Assembly: GCA_004764695.1 (NCBI GenBank)
Contig: SMSO01000025.1
Location: 496,001-560,000 of the forward strand
Direction: 5' to 3'
Length of the DNA: 64,000 bases
Source: Schizochytrium sp. TIO01
Lineage: Eukaryota; Protista; Bigyra: Labyrinthulomycetes
The position numbers and the translations under genes are program-made. Of this stretch, positions 24,070 through 34,810 are shown piece after piece. Under the pieces are notes generated by a model. It did no database searches and was not told the DNA's origin. It saw only the letters and a list, made by a program, of their open reading frames with translations. Positions within the stretch are counted from its first letter, which is position 1, and the number at the start of each line of letters is the position of its first letter.

Positions 24070-24740
24070 ATGCAGCACGGAAACTACGACCACTATGGTA
24101 GTGGATCTACTAAAGAGGAACACCACATGACTGACGCAGATCTCTTTGCGTACGCGCAGGCTGATACTGGTGCCCAAGGGGCTGATATGACCTCTAAGAA
24201 CTCCCCCGTGGAAGGTAACGATGTTGGCAACGCCCCGCAGGAGGAGCAAGACCTCAGCGTCTTCGTAAGTTTAAACATTTCCCATACAAACCTCTGTAAC
24301 GTTGTTTTATGACGAATGTATACTGACCAAAACGCACACATACATGTGTACTCGCAATACGGATATCATTAATTGTCGCTTTTGTTTTCTTCATAACAAC
24401 AGGTCCAAAACCTGCTGACCCAGATGGTACGTTTTTCAAGCTTTGCTCATTTAACATCCTAAATCTGCATAGTCCGATAGCTAACACGCATTGCTTATGT
24501 CTCCTATACTGGTCCGCATTAACAAATGCTTCACAGTCCTCGAGATTTCAACAAATGAGCGAGGCTATTGTTACTCGCATTGACGAGATGGGCGACAGGA
24601 TAGATGGCTTGGAGAAGTCTATCTCTGAGCTCATGGCTCAGGCTGGAGTGGATGAGCCTGGTGAGGCTGCCAACACGAGTTCTGGCAGTGGTGCTGGTGA
24701 CCTTCTCGATGACGGCAACAATGCACCTACGGACGACTAA
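24070..24740 (+). CDS. HSBP1: Heat shock factor binding protein 1; exons 24070-24264, 24403-24426, 24537-24740 (about 140 aa)
   Basis: The spliced product DLSVF|VQNLLTQM|[33 protein letters not shown] matches the HSBP1 coiled coil. Introns are GTAAGT..ACAG and GTACGT..ACAG, both phase 0. The start codon is uncertain (24070 or a later ATG). Confidence 0.9.
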
Positions 24741-25193
24741 GGTCGTGACTTAGTCTTTTGGGGGGGGTTGTCTAGGCTATCTGTTGTGATAGTCCTGTCC
24801 ATCCAAGACTATTGTAATCAGGTCATAGCTTTTGAACTATGGTGTGTGTTTATCCCACCCGAGTCCAATGAATCCGAAGTCTTTTTGGCAAGGCATGCGT
24901 ATCCTTTCTTGCTTACGTATTTATGCATTCGTAGGTAGGTGCAAGGGGTTGCATTTGGACTCGCTTATGCATTTTACGAATTCTTAAAAGAAGCACTACT
25001 TTTTTTTAAAGAAAATTAAGAAAATAACTGATAAATCTATCTTCTAATCAATATGTCATCATCAATAAAATACAGGCTTCTTGCCGGAGTTCGTCATTCT
25101 CATGGCATATAGTAATAAGGATACATCCATTTGAAAAGAAGGAATGTTCACAGCCACTTTTTCTACGAGATAAAAGATGACAAGCAAAATAGG

Positions 25194-26138
25194 TCAACTT
25201 GACGAACCAGGGCTTTTCAAAAGCGCATCAAGATCGTTTGTGTATGCGTCTAACTTGGCCTGAAGATCTAATACACCTTGAAGCTCTTCTTCACCCCGAC
25301 GGCTAATCTCTTCTGCATGTCGCAAAGCGTCCTCATTTTGATATGAGTCGCGTCCAAGAGCATCAATCCCACGCCGAAGCGAGGCGAAATTTCGTGACTT
25401 GCTTGTCACCCCTTTGGTTACACGTACGGCTGCTGCATTTTGCTCAGCACTTGTGTTCCAGCGAAGAAGCTCACGAAGTCGCGAACGATGCAGATCTTCG
25501 TCGACGTGAGCTGCCTTATGTGCAAACAATTCAACGGGTGCCTGCTCTATTGGCGGGTTTAGTTTTTGGTCCTGTGCTTGCAAATCCCTTTCAAGTGCAG
25601 AGAGGTCCTCCTGGCGCTGAATCTGCCATCTATCCAAGCCTGTCAACAGCTGATTCATAGATGACAAGAGCGCATCCGTAGCACCTTTTGAAATGTTTTC
25701 GTTTGCCTTACTTCCCACAATTGTATTATCATAATTGTCACAGGTTGCCCCTGCATCGGCAAGTTCCGGCTCCTTAGTGAGAGCACGTAAAGCCGCATTT
25801 ACATCTTCGTCACCTTCAAGATCATCAGCATTTGAAGCATCATGTATGCATGCTTTCAAGAGCTCATCTTTTAGAGATTGCTCTTTGTTTCGTTGCTCCT
25901 CGCCATCTTCTTCTCCCTTGACATCTCGACTCGCTTGCTTTCCGCTCAATTCGCTTAAAGGGAGTTCTGAATGTTGATAATGGTATTTTTTCTTAGGTCT
26001 CCGCCGGGATTTTTGCAGGTCATGCTCATTGACATCCCGATCCTCCGCATTGTTGTTTCCAAGTGCGGCTTTTCCAGGTCCTAAGTCTCGGCGTTGCCGC
26101 TGCCGCAGTGCGAGAACGTCAAGCTTGCGAGCTCGCAT
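25194..26138 (-). CDS. Hypothetical charged/coiled-coil protein, 314 aa
   Basis: Long ATG-initiated ORF bounded by AT-rich DNA; basic N-terminus (SRRRPKKK) and heptad-like C-terminal segments. No family recognised. Confidence 0.72.
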   Translation of the reverse strand: MRARKLDVLALRQRQRRDLGPGKAALGNNNAEDRDVNEHDLQKSRRRPKKKYHYQHSELPLSELSGKQASRDVKGEEDGEEQRNKEQSLKDELLKACIHDASNADDLEGDEDVNAALRALTKEPELADAGATCDNYDNTIVGSKANENISKGATDALLSSMNQLLTGLDRWQIQRQEDLSALERDLQAQDQKLNPPIEQAPVELFAHKAAHVDEDLHRSRLRELLRWNTSAEQNAAAVRVTKGVTSKSRNFASLRRGIDALGRDSYQNEDALRHAEEISRRGEEELQGVLDLQAKLDAYTNDLDALLKSPGSSS

Positions 26139-27698
26139 CGTGTGGTTTTTCTAGCCAAAAGAGACTCACTTCACTAGCTCCCAAATTTTATAGCCCCTCT
26201 CCAAACCCACGCGCTGTCCAGACCCCCAAACCCCAATAAAGCAAACCGCGCACGCCAAAGGCGTTGCTCTGCTCCGGCGCCATCTTCATCACCGCCAACT
26301 TGAAGTGTCATAGCCGACAGAACTCGAACGCAACTCAGTACACACCATCAGGTATGGTCACTTGAGAGTCCGTTTCATACTTCATTCATTCATTCATACT
26401 TACTATTCATACTTATAATTTTTTTGCAGTTTATTATTTACAATTTTTTATACTATAAAACAAATAAATTAATAAAAACATTTATAACAACTTCATAAAC
26501 AAATAAATAAAACTAAAAGTTTTTTAATTGATTGAATTGAAAGACCTTTGCGCAACTGCCATTAATTTCTCCAGCAAATTCCTGCTGACGGTAAACTTAT
26601 AGTTTTCAGTAGATGTAGATTAGGGACCTCAGATAATCGAAGCATTGCCCGTGACGAAGACTTTCAAACTAGTCCTTTGCTTTCCTTTAAATGAAAGGGG
26701 GTACTGAGAGAAAGGGGGTTATCTTGAAGCGTTCGTGTAGATGTAAAGTTCGAGGTGAAACTAAACGAAGTCTGGCGCTACGATGGTTCTGCAACCAAGA
26801 GCTGCTTGGAAATGGAGCTTGATTCGAAGCAGCCTAGCCCAACACTGACCAATTTGAACGAGATGTGATCCTGCACCACGAAATAAGAGCGATCTGGTTC
26901 AGCTACCTCAACCGTCGAGAGAGCACAAGTTTCTGGCAGCCCACTTGCAATCTTCATAACTAGCCCCGCTTAGCACTTACTCTAGCTCTCGCGTCTTGGT
27001 TCTAACCGACGACACGCCGATCACACAATCATTCACTCAACTTTGTCTGCGAGTCATCCAAAGGAATAAGCTGCAAACCCGGCAATAGGCGACACCGCCT
27101 CCTCTCACGCCCAAGACCAACCAAAAGAAACGCCCAATGGTGCAGCTCAGGAGGAACTCCACGCCTTCGCCAATCTCTCATGATCTGACAATCTCAGGAT
27201 AGCACTCATACTATTACACTCTGTAGAAGAGTCACACATGGTACCATTAATTCCCCTTGTTCCCCATAGTCACCTGGTATGGTCTATTAGCGGAGGAGGC
27301 TGGCCAGTATTGCGAACACTATTGTATACACTTTGAGTTAAAGACGCGCGGAATAAAAGACGCGTGTTTGAAATGCGCGCAACCGAAGGCAAAGAAGCGA
27401 TCCCATCCAAGGCGAGCAAACGCCGCCTCTCGCCGCGGGCCACAGCGCAGCGTAGGCATCGCGGAGGAGGCAGGCAGGAGGCCTTTATCCAGGCTCATCC
27501 CCGGACCGCTCGTCTGGGTAGCGATATTCACTCTTCGAGCTGTCGAAATCAACTCGATCAGCTCCCCGGAATTTAAGTACTTCGTTTCAACCTCATCCAT
27601 CGACCCAGAATCCGCTAGCTTCGACGTTACCAGCCAGATCCGCTCCGAGACCTTCGCGGAATCCCACGCCGTGGTTCTAATCCACCAAGGCCGTAGCC

Positions 27699-30600
27699 AT
27701 GGGATCCAAAGAGGCCGTGAGCACCGCCCGGGACGAAGACCAGGGCGCACCGAGCGCTGCCGAGAATGTCAATAATGACGCTGTTAACAACATTGTTAGT
27801 ATTGCAATGAAGGCAAGTAAAGGGGAAGGCGATAGAAATGACTCTGAGGGTCTAACTGTCGTTGGTTTGGACAGTCATGAAGCACGTGAAAAAAACTGCG
27901 AACAAGATTGTAAAGATCTTGGAAATGAGGGTGACGACGCAGAAAATAAAATGTCTACGGAAAGCAAAACAGAAGTAATGTTGGTGGTGGAATTAAAGAC
28001 AACTTCAAAGCATTGTGATAAAGGAGATGGGGGTCAAGGTCTTAAGGGCCCTGTGGAGGATAAAGATAAACAAGGAGAATATGAAGATGTAGATAAGATG
28101 GAAGAAGGTGATGATGATGATGATGATGAAGATGATAATAATGATGGGGATGAAGATGTGGCTGCTCTAGCGAAGGACGCGTGCGAAAACCTGGGACTAG
28201 GCAGCATGGCAAGGTCGAGAGCGTCAAAAATATTGACACGCGTAGCCGAGGAAGAAGGTGCAGGTCTTCAACAGATTCATGCATGGAGCGCCGCGGCGGT
28301 TTTCGTGGCGGCTCTTGAGGAAGCCTCGGGGAAGCATGTGGTGAATGATCTCAAAAATGAAGCAACTCTCACAGTGAACGACGAGTCTGTCGCTAAAGAT
28401 TCTGCAAGCGAGAGAACAAACGCGAGGAAAAAACAACGGATATCTCATAGTGGAAGTCGAAGAGTTCTTCCAAGGATGTCGAGAAGGATTGGCCTTGGAG
28501 ATGTCCTAGGCTACTTCAAAGAAGTTGACTTTGATGCAGCTTTTCTTAACAAGGTATACATATCTATGAGACTTCTTGGAGGTTCTGAAGCCGCACATGT
28601 TGGATCTTTCGAGGGACTTGATGAGTCGCTTAGAGCACACAAGCAGCTGGAGTATTTGTATGAGAAGTTTGTGGGCTTGTGTGATGAGCAAGATCCACTA
28701 TATGCCGGCCATCGTAAACTTGCATGGTATCTCTTCCTCGTGGGCCGTCGCATGCTTTTGCAGGACCAAGGTATGGAAATTGCCTCGTCATACCAACTTC
28801 TTGTTGATGCTGTTGAGTATGTGCGACATGGTCATAGCAGTGAACAAATACAATGCCTCAAAACTCAGCTTACTGAAGTTAATATAAACTCTGCTGATGT
28901 CGTAGACATTGGACGCTACTACGAAGATAACTACCTTCAGGATCTTATCAGCTTAGATGAGCGGTCTTTTCTCAAGACACAAGATGTGCCCTTTACACCA
29001 GCACAGACGCCACTCAAGGAACGCAGAGGCTACGGCAACACTGGATCTGCCATGTACAGCACTGATCACACTGACGTTGATGAGGGAGCTAACCCCGCTG
29101 AGGATGACGATAATGACGCAGTGCAATCAGCATATTCGCAAAATATGCCACCTCCTCTGCAGCCTCGAACACGCTGCAAACGCAGAGCTGATGAGATGGC
29201 CATGGTAAGAACATTGCCCGCTTCCACATCTCTGTCTGATGGGGAGGCGTCTGAGTCCTCTGCAAGAGGCCTCTTTCAGAATGCTGCTCCTGAAGCCGCC
29301 TCGGCGATGCCGCCGCTGCATCCAGGTTTGCCAAGGTCCGGTGGCGCCACAAGCCCACGAAACGCCTCGCGACGTGTCAACAAACTTCCGCGTCCTGCAG
29401 AAACACCGGTTTCACTAGCTGTTGAGACACAAAATTGGCTTCATCGCGAGCTTTTGGGTGCCTCGGAGGGACCTGAACCCACTCTTCTACGGTTCTTGGC
29501 CGAATGTGAGGAAGCGCATGCACATCAATTTCATAAACATGATATACAAATGACCCCACAAGATGACTCTGAGAATGAACAGTCGCTTGCTGGATCCTCA
29601 GGACCTGCAGTGGGTTGCCTTGCTGCTGATATCGAGGCTCGGCTGAGGGAGATGCGCGCCGCTCTTCTGGAGGATAGTGCCGAGGACGGCCCTCAGGCCC
29701 ATATCACCAAGGAACTATTCCATGGCAATGCAAGCAACGACGCAAGTAATGCAATGGCTGCATGCTCATCATCTTCATCCGTAGCTGCCATTAAGAAGCA
29801 CACCTCTGAAGGAGCTAAACTTTATTACCGTGTACTCGAATCAATCTTACAAGGCGAGGCAACTCGTCTTAGTTCCTCTTCGGGCAGCACTAACGCAAGT
29901 GGTTGTGGAGGTGATTTTTCAAACTCTAAAGGTAATCTGTGGAACCTTCTCACCTCAGATATGTTCCATCGGGGCCTTTTCGCCTGCTGTATGGAAGTCA
30001 TCTTCCGCGCAAAGGAGATTTTCCGTCTCATGCACCCTACGCTTACAGATCGTCTCAAGCTTCCTGGACTTGAGCTTCTCAAGGTGTTGGAGAGCTTCAT
30101 GAAATATGTACCCATGCTTCCCAAGATGCTCGTTCAGCGCATGCACATGCTTGAAACAGACATCCTGGAAGAGCATGTATGGCGAAAGGGCTCCCCAATC
30201 TTTGAACTTTTGAAGGAGCGCAAACGTGTCGTGGAAGTGGAACATAAAGATGCTAAAACGGTCCCTAAACTGCGTGCTCTAGATAATTTTTTTACTCAGA
30301 AGCTGCTAGCCCACGCACACGAGAAAGCTAAGAAGATTTATTTGCGGCTTGGCTTCCCTCAGGATGAAAAACGTGGGTTTTACAGCAGTATTTGGCTAGT
30401 CTTCCGGGCAACCATCAAGCATCACCCTACACTATGTCAAGATCGGCATTTAGACACCATCATTCTCTGCTGTATCTTTGCTGTGTCAAAGCTGCGTGCG
30501 GAGGAACCTGTTACATTCAAGCGCCTTGTGGCGGTGTATAAAGAATCACGTGTCGAAACAGCCGATACCTATGCGGCGCTCATCAGTAATATGAGCCGCC

Positions 30601-31190
30601 CGCGTACCCCAAATCTTGCGCGGACCGACAAGGTCGTAGAGCGCATCTACATGCCAAATAATGCCAACAAGCGCATCACGCGTAGTGGAGCGTACAATAA
30701 TACAGGAACTATCGTGGACTTTTACAATCAGTTCTTTTTACGGCAAATGAAACCTACAATTCTAAACCTGAGAGTGCAGCCGAGCAGCAGCTCTTTACAT
30801 CTTCAGTCCCCAGCTATTGGTGGAGTAATGGTGAACCAACCTATCTCACCTACTAATAACGCTGCATCATCCGCAAGATTTAGTAGTTTTGAGTCACCAG
30901 AGCGATCTTCGCACTCCATCTATGCCTCGCCTGCTCCAAACATGATTGCCCGACACGCCGGTGTCGTTGCGCCGGAAGAAATGACACCCCAAATGCTCAG
31001 GCTTTACGCTCAGGCAGAGCCTGAGGCCAATAATGTTCAGCTTGTAAATGGTAATAGCCGCCGCTCACGCTTACACCGTAACCCCATGGAGGACGACGAT
31101 GACGAACCCTCAGCACATCCTCCGACAAGACGTTTGCTGGGCACTCGCCTGAAGCGTGCTGCCGCTGCACGGAGGAGGTCTCCGCTTTAG
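27699..31190 (+). CDS. RBR: Retinoblastoma-related pocket protein (RB/p107/RBR family), 1163 aa, intronless
   Basis: Pocket A: ETPVSLAVETQNWL, KLYYRVLESIL, FHRGLFACCMEVI, LKVLESF. Pocket B: DRHLDTIILCCIFAVSK, IVDFYNQFF. Numerous S/T-P CDK sites and a basic C-terminus. Confidence 0.93.
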   Translation: MGSKEAVSTARDEDQGAPSAAENVNNDAVNNIVSIAMKASKGEGDRNDSEGLTVVGLDSHEAREKNCEQDCKDLGNEGDDAENKMSTESKTEVMLVVELKTTSKHCDKGDGGQGLKGPVEDKDKQGEYEDVDKMEEGDDDDDDEDDNNDGDEDVAALAKDACENLGLGSMARSRASKILTRVAEEEGAGLQQIHAWSAAAVFVAALEEASGKHVVNDLKNEATLTVNDESVAKDSASERTNARKKQRISHSGSRRVLPRMSRRIGLGDVLGYFKEVDFDAAFLNKVYISMRLLGGSEAAHVGSFEGLDESLRAHKQLEYLYEKFVGLCDEQDPLYAGHRKLAWYLFLVGRRMLLQDQGMEIASSYQLLVDAVEYVRHGHSSEQIQCLKTQLTEVNINSADVVDIGRYYEDNYLQDLISLDERSFLKTQDVPFTPAQTPLKERRGYGNTGSAMYSTDHTDVDEGANPAEDDDNDAVQSAYSQNMPPPLQPRTRCKRRADEMAMVRTLPASTSLSDGEASESSARGLFQNAAPEAASAMPPLHPGLPRSGGATSPRNASRRVNKLPRPAETPVSLAVETQNWLHRELLGASEGPEPTLLRFLAECEEAHAHQFHKHDIQMTPQDDSENEQSLAGSSGPAVGCLAADIEARLREMRAALLEDSAEDGPQAHITKELFHGNASNDASNAMAACSSSSSVAAIKKHTSEGAKLYYRVLESILQGEATRLSSSSGSTNASGCGGDFSNSKGNLWNLLTSDMFHRGLFACCMEVIFRAKEIFRLMHPTLTDRLKLPGLELLKVLESFMKYVPMLPKMLVQRMHMLETDILEEHVWRKGSPIFELLKERKRVVEVEHKDAKTVPKLRALDNFFTQKLLAHAHEKAKKIYLRLGFPQDEKRGFYSSIWLVFRATIKHHPTLCQDRHLDTIILCCIFAVSKLRAEEPVTFKRLVAVYKESRVETADTYAALISNMSRPRTPNLARTDKVVERIYMPNNANKRITRSGAYNNTGTIVDFYNQFFLRQMKPTILNLRVQPSSSSLHLQSPAIGGVMVNQPISPTNNAASSARFSSFESPERSSHSIYASPAPNMIARHAGVVAPEEMTPQMLRLYAQAEPEANNVQLVNGNSRRSRLHRNPMEDDDDEPSAHPPTRRLLGTRLKRAAAARRRSPL

Positions 31191-31628
31191 GATTGGAATA
31201 CCATATTGTTTGCCTGCTCATATATATATGTTGTTTGCTTGCCATTGATTTCATTTATTTCTTCTTACTTTGTCTTAAACTATCTTGATGCTCAATACGC
31301 TTTTAAAATACAACAAACTTAATGCCACAAAGCAACATATTTGGCATGAAAAAAAAGAAAAATTACATGTATAACTATCGTGTGTGTATATGATCAGTCA
31401 TGCGAGGGTTTTGTCAGATTAGATTAGCTATCTGGTGTTTTTGCCTTTTTTCTTTTGGTGGGGATAATGACCTGGTATGTGGACTTTCTTCACTGAAAGA
31501 TCAATTTAACGTACGAAAGAGTCCCTGGCTGTAAACTTAAGCACATATATGATTATCTTGTTCCTCCTCAATGCGATGCTCACACCACTGAGCGCTCCTC
31601 TAATTCGTTTCCTGTCCTGAAGTTCTAA

Positions 31629-31798
31629 TACATACATACATACATACATACATACATACATACATACATACATACATACATACATACATACATACATACA
31701 TACATACATACATACATACATACATACATACATACATACATACATACATACATACATACATACATACATACATACATACATACATACATACATACATA
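31629..31798. repeat. (TACA)42 perfect microsatellite between the convergent RBR and WDR91 genes
   Basis: 168 nt of uninterrupted TACA at 31629-31796. Confidence 0.99.
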
Positions 31799-31803
31799 GC
31801 TAA

Positions 31804-33897
31804 CTAGCGCAAGCCTTGTAAAGGACTAAATCTGAAAGCCCGAACACTACCTGATTCATAGCCCGCTACAATAGTTCCTTGCGTCCAGTCAATAGAAACC
31901 GGTGCTTCCGCTCTGGATGCTCCAAGCCTGAATGATGTTGTCTTGTCTTGACTAAATATTTTCACAACATTGCCATACAGTGGCGAGCAAGCTGCACAGC
32001 AGCCCTGTGCTTCGTCACTTGCAGAAACAAGGTCCCCAGACGGCTTCCAGGTACTTGTCCAAGAGCTGTCGATTCCTTGACGCCCTTGACGCGATGGGGA
32101 CCCTTCAATACGCGCCAGTGGCGCTGACACTCGATGCAAGCTCCACTGTGAGAGTCCACCATCTGCAACAATAACTACCACAGCGGTCTCATCGGCTGTA
32201 AGTGTAAGACGCACTACTGCGCAGTCTGCAACTTGAAATTCCATTATGCATGCCATCTTTTGCACGTCAAATACACGAACTTTACCATCACTTGCACCTG
32301 TTACTAGAAGCGAACCATTGTGGTTAAATCCTATCGAGGTTATCCAGTATTTTTCACTCTCAGAAAGTGTTGCTGTCAGCTGGCACGTTGTGATGCTCCA
32401 CAGTTGAACAGCCGCTCTGCGTGAAATGCGTTGTGTGTAAAGCGTTGCAGCTTCACCTGCATTCATGTGCGGAGGATTGGCTGCAAATAAAGTTGATGCG
32501 TATCGATCTGGCCCATCCGATTGATTACGTCTAATCGCAGTACTCCCTTGTCCAGTGCTCAAGGTAGCTAAAACTTGCCGACGTGCGCAAAGTTTGATTT
32601 CAGATACAAATGGCAATGGTGGTTCACCTGCTACAATGAACTCGTTCACTTGGCATCGGTCTTGTACGTCCCAAAGTCTAACAGTGCTGTTTGCAAGCCC
32701 GATAGCTAAAAGTTCCGGGCGCTCAGGGTGCCAATCCAACGACAGCGCTTCACTCGGGCAAAAGATGAGTTGATCTTGCGCTAGTTTCTGAGAGCCCGCT
32801 CGCCAAGACCACACACGAACTGTTCCGTCTTGAGAGGCAGTAACAAGCGGGCGTGCTTCACTCGATCCTACCGAGGGAGCAAAACGGCATACATTAATTC
32901 GAGATGCATGATGACCTTCCGCAACGCATTGAAGTTCTTGCAAAACATCATCGCTCTTTGCACTACTAGAACTCCTTTTGCCATCCTCCGGACTGATACT
33001 AGGCTCTCCTTTGGCCTTTTGGCTAATTTCAGCTAGAGCTGTCGATTCATCATTGCCTGATTCAACAGTCTGAGCTGCGATCGTTGATGATTGGCGATTT
33101 TCTAACATCATACGCAGGCGCTTGATTTCCTCTTGCAGGCGCATACCTATATTAGGAGCAAATGAGAGCATACTTACAAGAGAAGTTAACAAGGATAGTT
33201 AGTCATGAGCCCTGAAACCTTAATAGCTCAAGATTGGGAAGTGGATCCTGCGCCCATATTGTTGATCTTTGAAGTAATTCAACTTACATTCAGATTCCAT
33301 GGCTTGGAGTTCTGCTTTGGTCGCTCGAAGCTTGCGTCCATGCAATGGGAACGAAAGCAGTCGTGGTGCTTGTTGTGCGCGAAAAACGTCAGCAAGAAAA
33401 TTATGCAGAGACACCCCAAGAAGCTCTTCCCATGTCTCCTCAAAATATGGTGCAAATGACGGGTGGCGGTACGGGTCCCTGCAATAAGGCAAAGCATACC
33501 ATTCCTGCCATGTGCTCTCTCCAGTGCCTGGATCCGTACCGTGTCTGTCGAGAATATCATTGTCAAATACCTGTAGAAGCTTCTCCATACGTCCTTGGCG
33601 CTTAGAATTCACCATGTAAAACTTAAACAAGCTAGATTTGAGCCTAAGGGCAGTCTCTGCCAGCACCACATCGAGATCCGCAAAACAACGTCGGTCTAAG
33701 AATTCCCAAAGTTCAAGTAGAGCACTAAGCTTAAATTCTTTAGCAAGAGTCAGTAACTGGTGGGCCACGCGTTCTGCATTTAAGCTTTGTAGTCTGTCCT
33801 CGCCACGCTCAACTACAAAAGCACGATACGCTTCTGTGAATCCGCGGAAGATGAGATACTCCAGGACGAGCTCATCGGCCTCAGCTAGGTACTCCAT
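31804..33897 (-). CDS. WDR91: WD repeat protein 91 homolog; exons 33897-33288 and 33146-31804 (about 650 aa)
   Basis: N-terminal DELVLEYLIFRGF and WQEWYALPY..P..HPSFAPYF..W motifs, a coiled coil, then WD40 repeats (TASQDGTVRVW, NSTVRLWD, FNHNGSLLVTGASDGKVRVFD). A phase-1 intron at 33287-33147 (GTAAGT..CTAAT..TAG) joins ESE-C-MRLQEEI in frame. Confidence 0.9.
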
Positions 33898-34810
33898 GAT
33901 AGTAGTTGAGCCCCACCTAGGCTGAGATTAGGCCGAGTGCGTACGATAAACAGTCCAGGTGGAGGCACAAACGCTAAGTTAGCCCGGGTTTTTAGCCACA
34001 ACTTCCCTCCTAGCTACCTTGATCGCGGCTTTATATATTTTGCGAAGATGGATCTTGGTGCTAGGTTTGACGGGTTTTTAGGATGACCCTGAGTTCGAAC
34101 ATTTGGAATATATAGAACATTTAAAAGTTATGGATCATTCGGAACATTATATACAATTCCAGCGACTATTAAGGTTATGGAAGAAGCAGGTGCTTGCATA
34201 CAAGAAGCAGCGTTTAGAACAGAACTTCTTACTCACGAAGACACAATAGCAATATAAAAGTAGAAAGTAACTCTTGATGGTTACACTAAGCAATTTTTTC
34301 AGGGCAAGTCCGAGGTTTTTTTCCTTCGAGGCCTAAATTTATAATGTCGAGGAAGTGGAGGCCATCGTGGTGATAAAAGTATTTTTGGCAATTCCGGCGT
34401 GGACTCTTGCGTTGTGCAGGTTGCAGACGTGCATTTGCAATTAGAGACCATATTACACACGTTTCTGACGAAGTGGCGAACCAGGTGAGGTGACGAAATG
34501 CAGCTAATTTGTAGTACATACATCATTGGAAAAAGAGTTGCAAGGGCCGAGTCTGTGACTAAGAAGGTAACTTAAGGAAACACCGAACTTTAGTTACCCA
34601 TTGGAAAGAAAGCAAAGAAGAGGAGCGGGCGCGAATCCGCCGTCTTCACTCTTCATCCCGCTAAAGTTTTAAATTATACAGTGTTTGGCCTCGCATTTTA
34701 CTGCGTTGTTTGTGATTTGAACATAACAAAACCACCTCTTTGGTCTCATATAATTCTGCGTCTTGGAGTGTGTTCACGCAAGCAATTTTATAATTGCATA
34801 GATTGCGTGT

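Noticed and set aside
31506-31797. MYVC-repeat ORFs
   Set aside because: Translation of the (TACA)n microsatellite.
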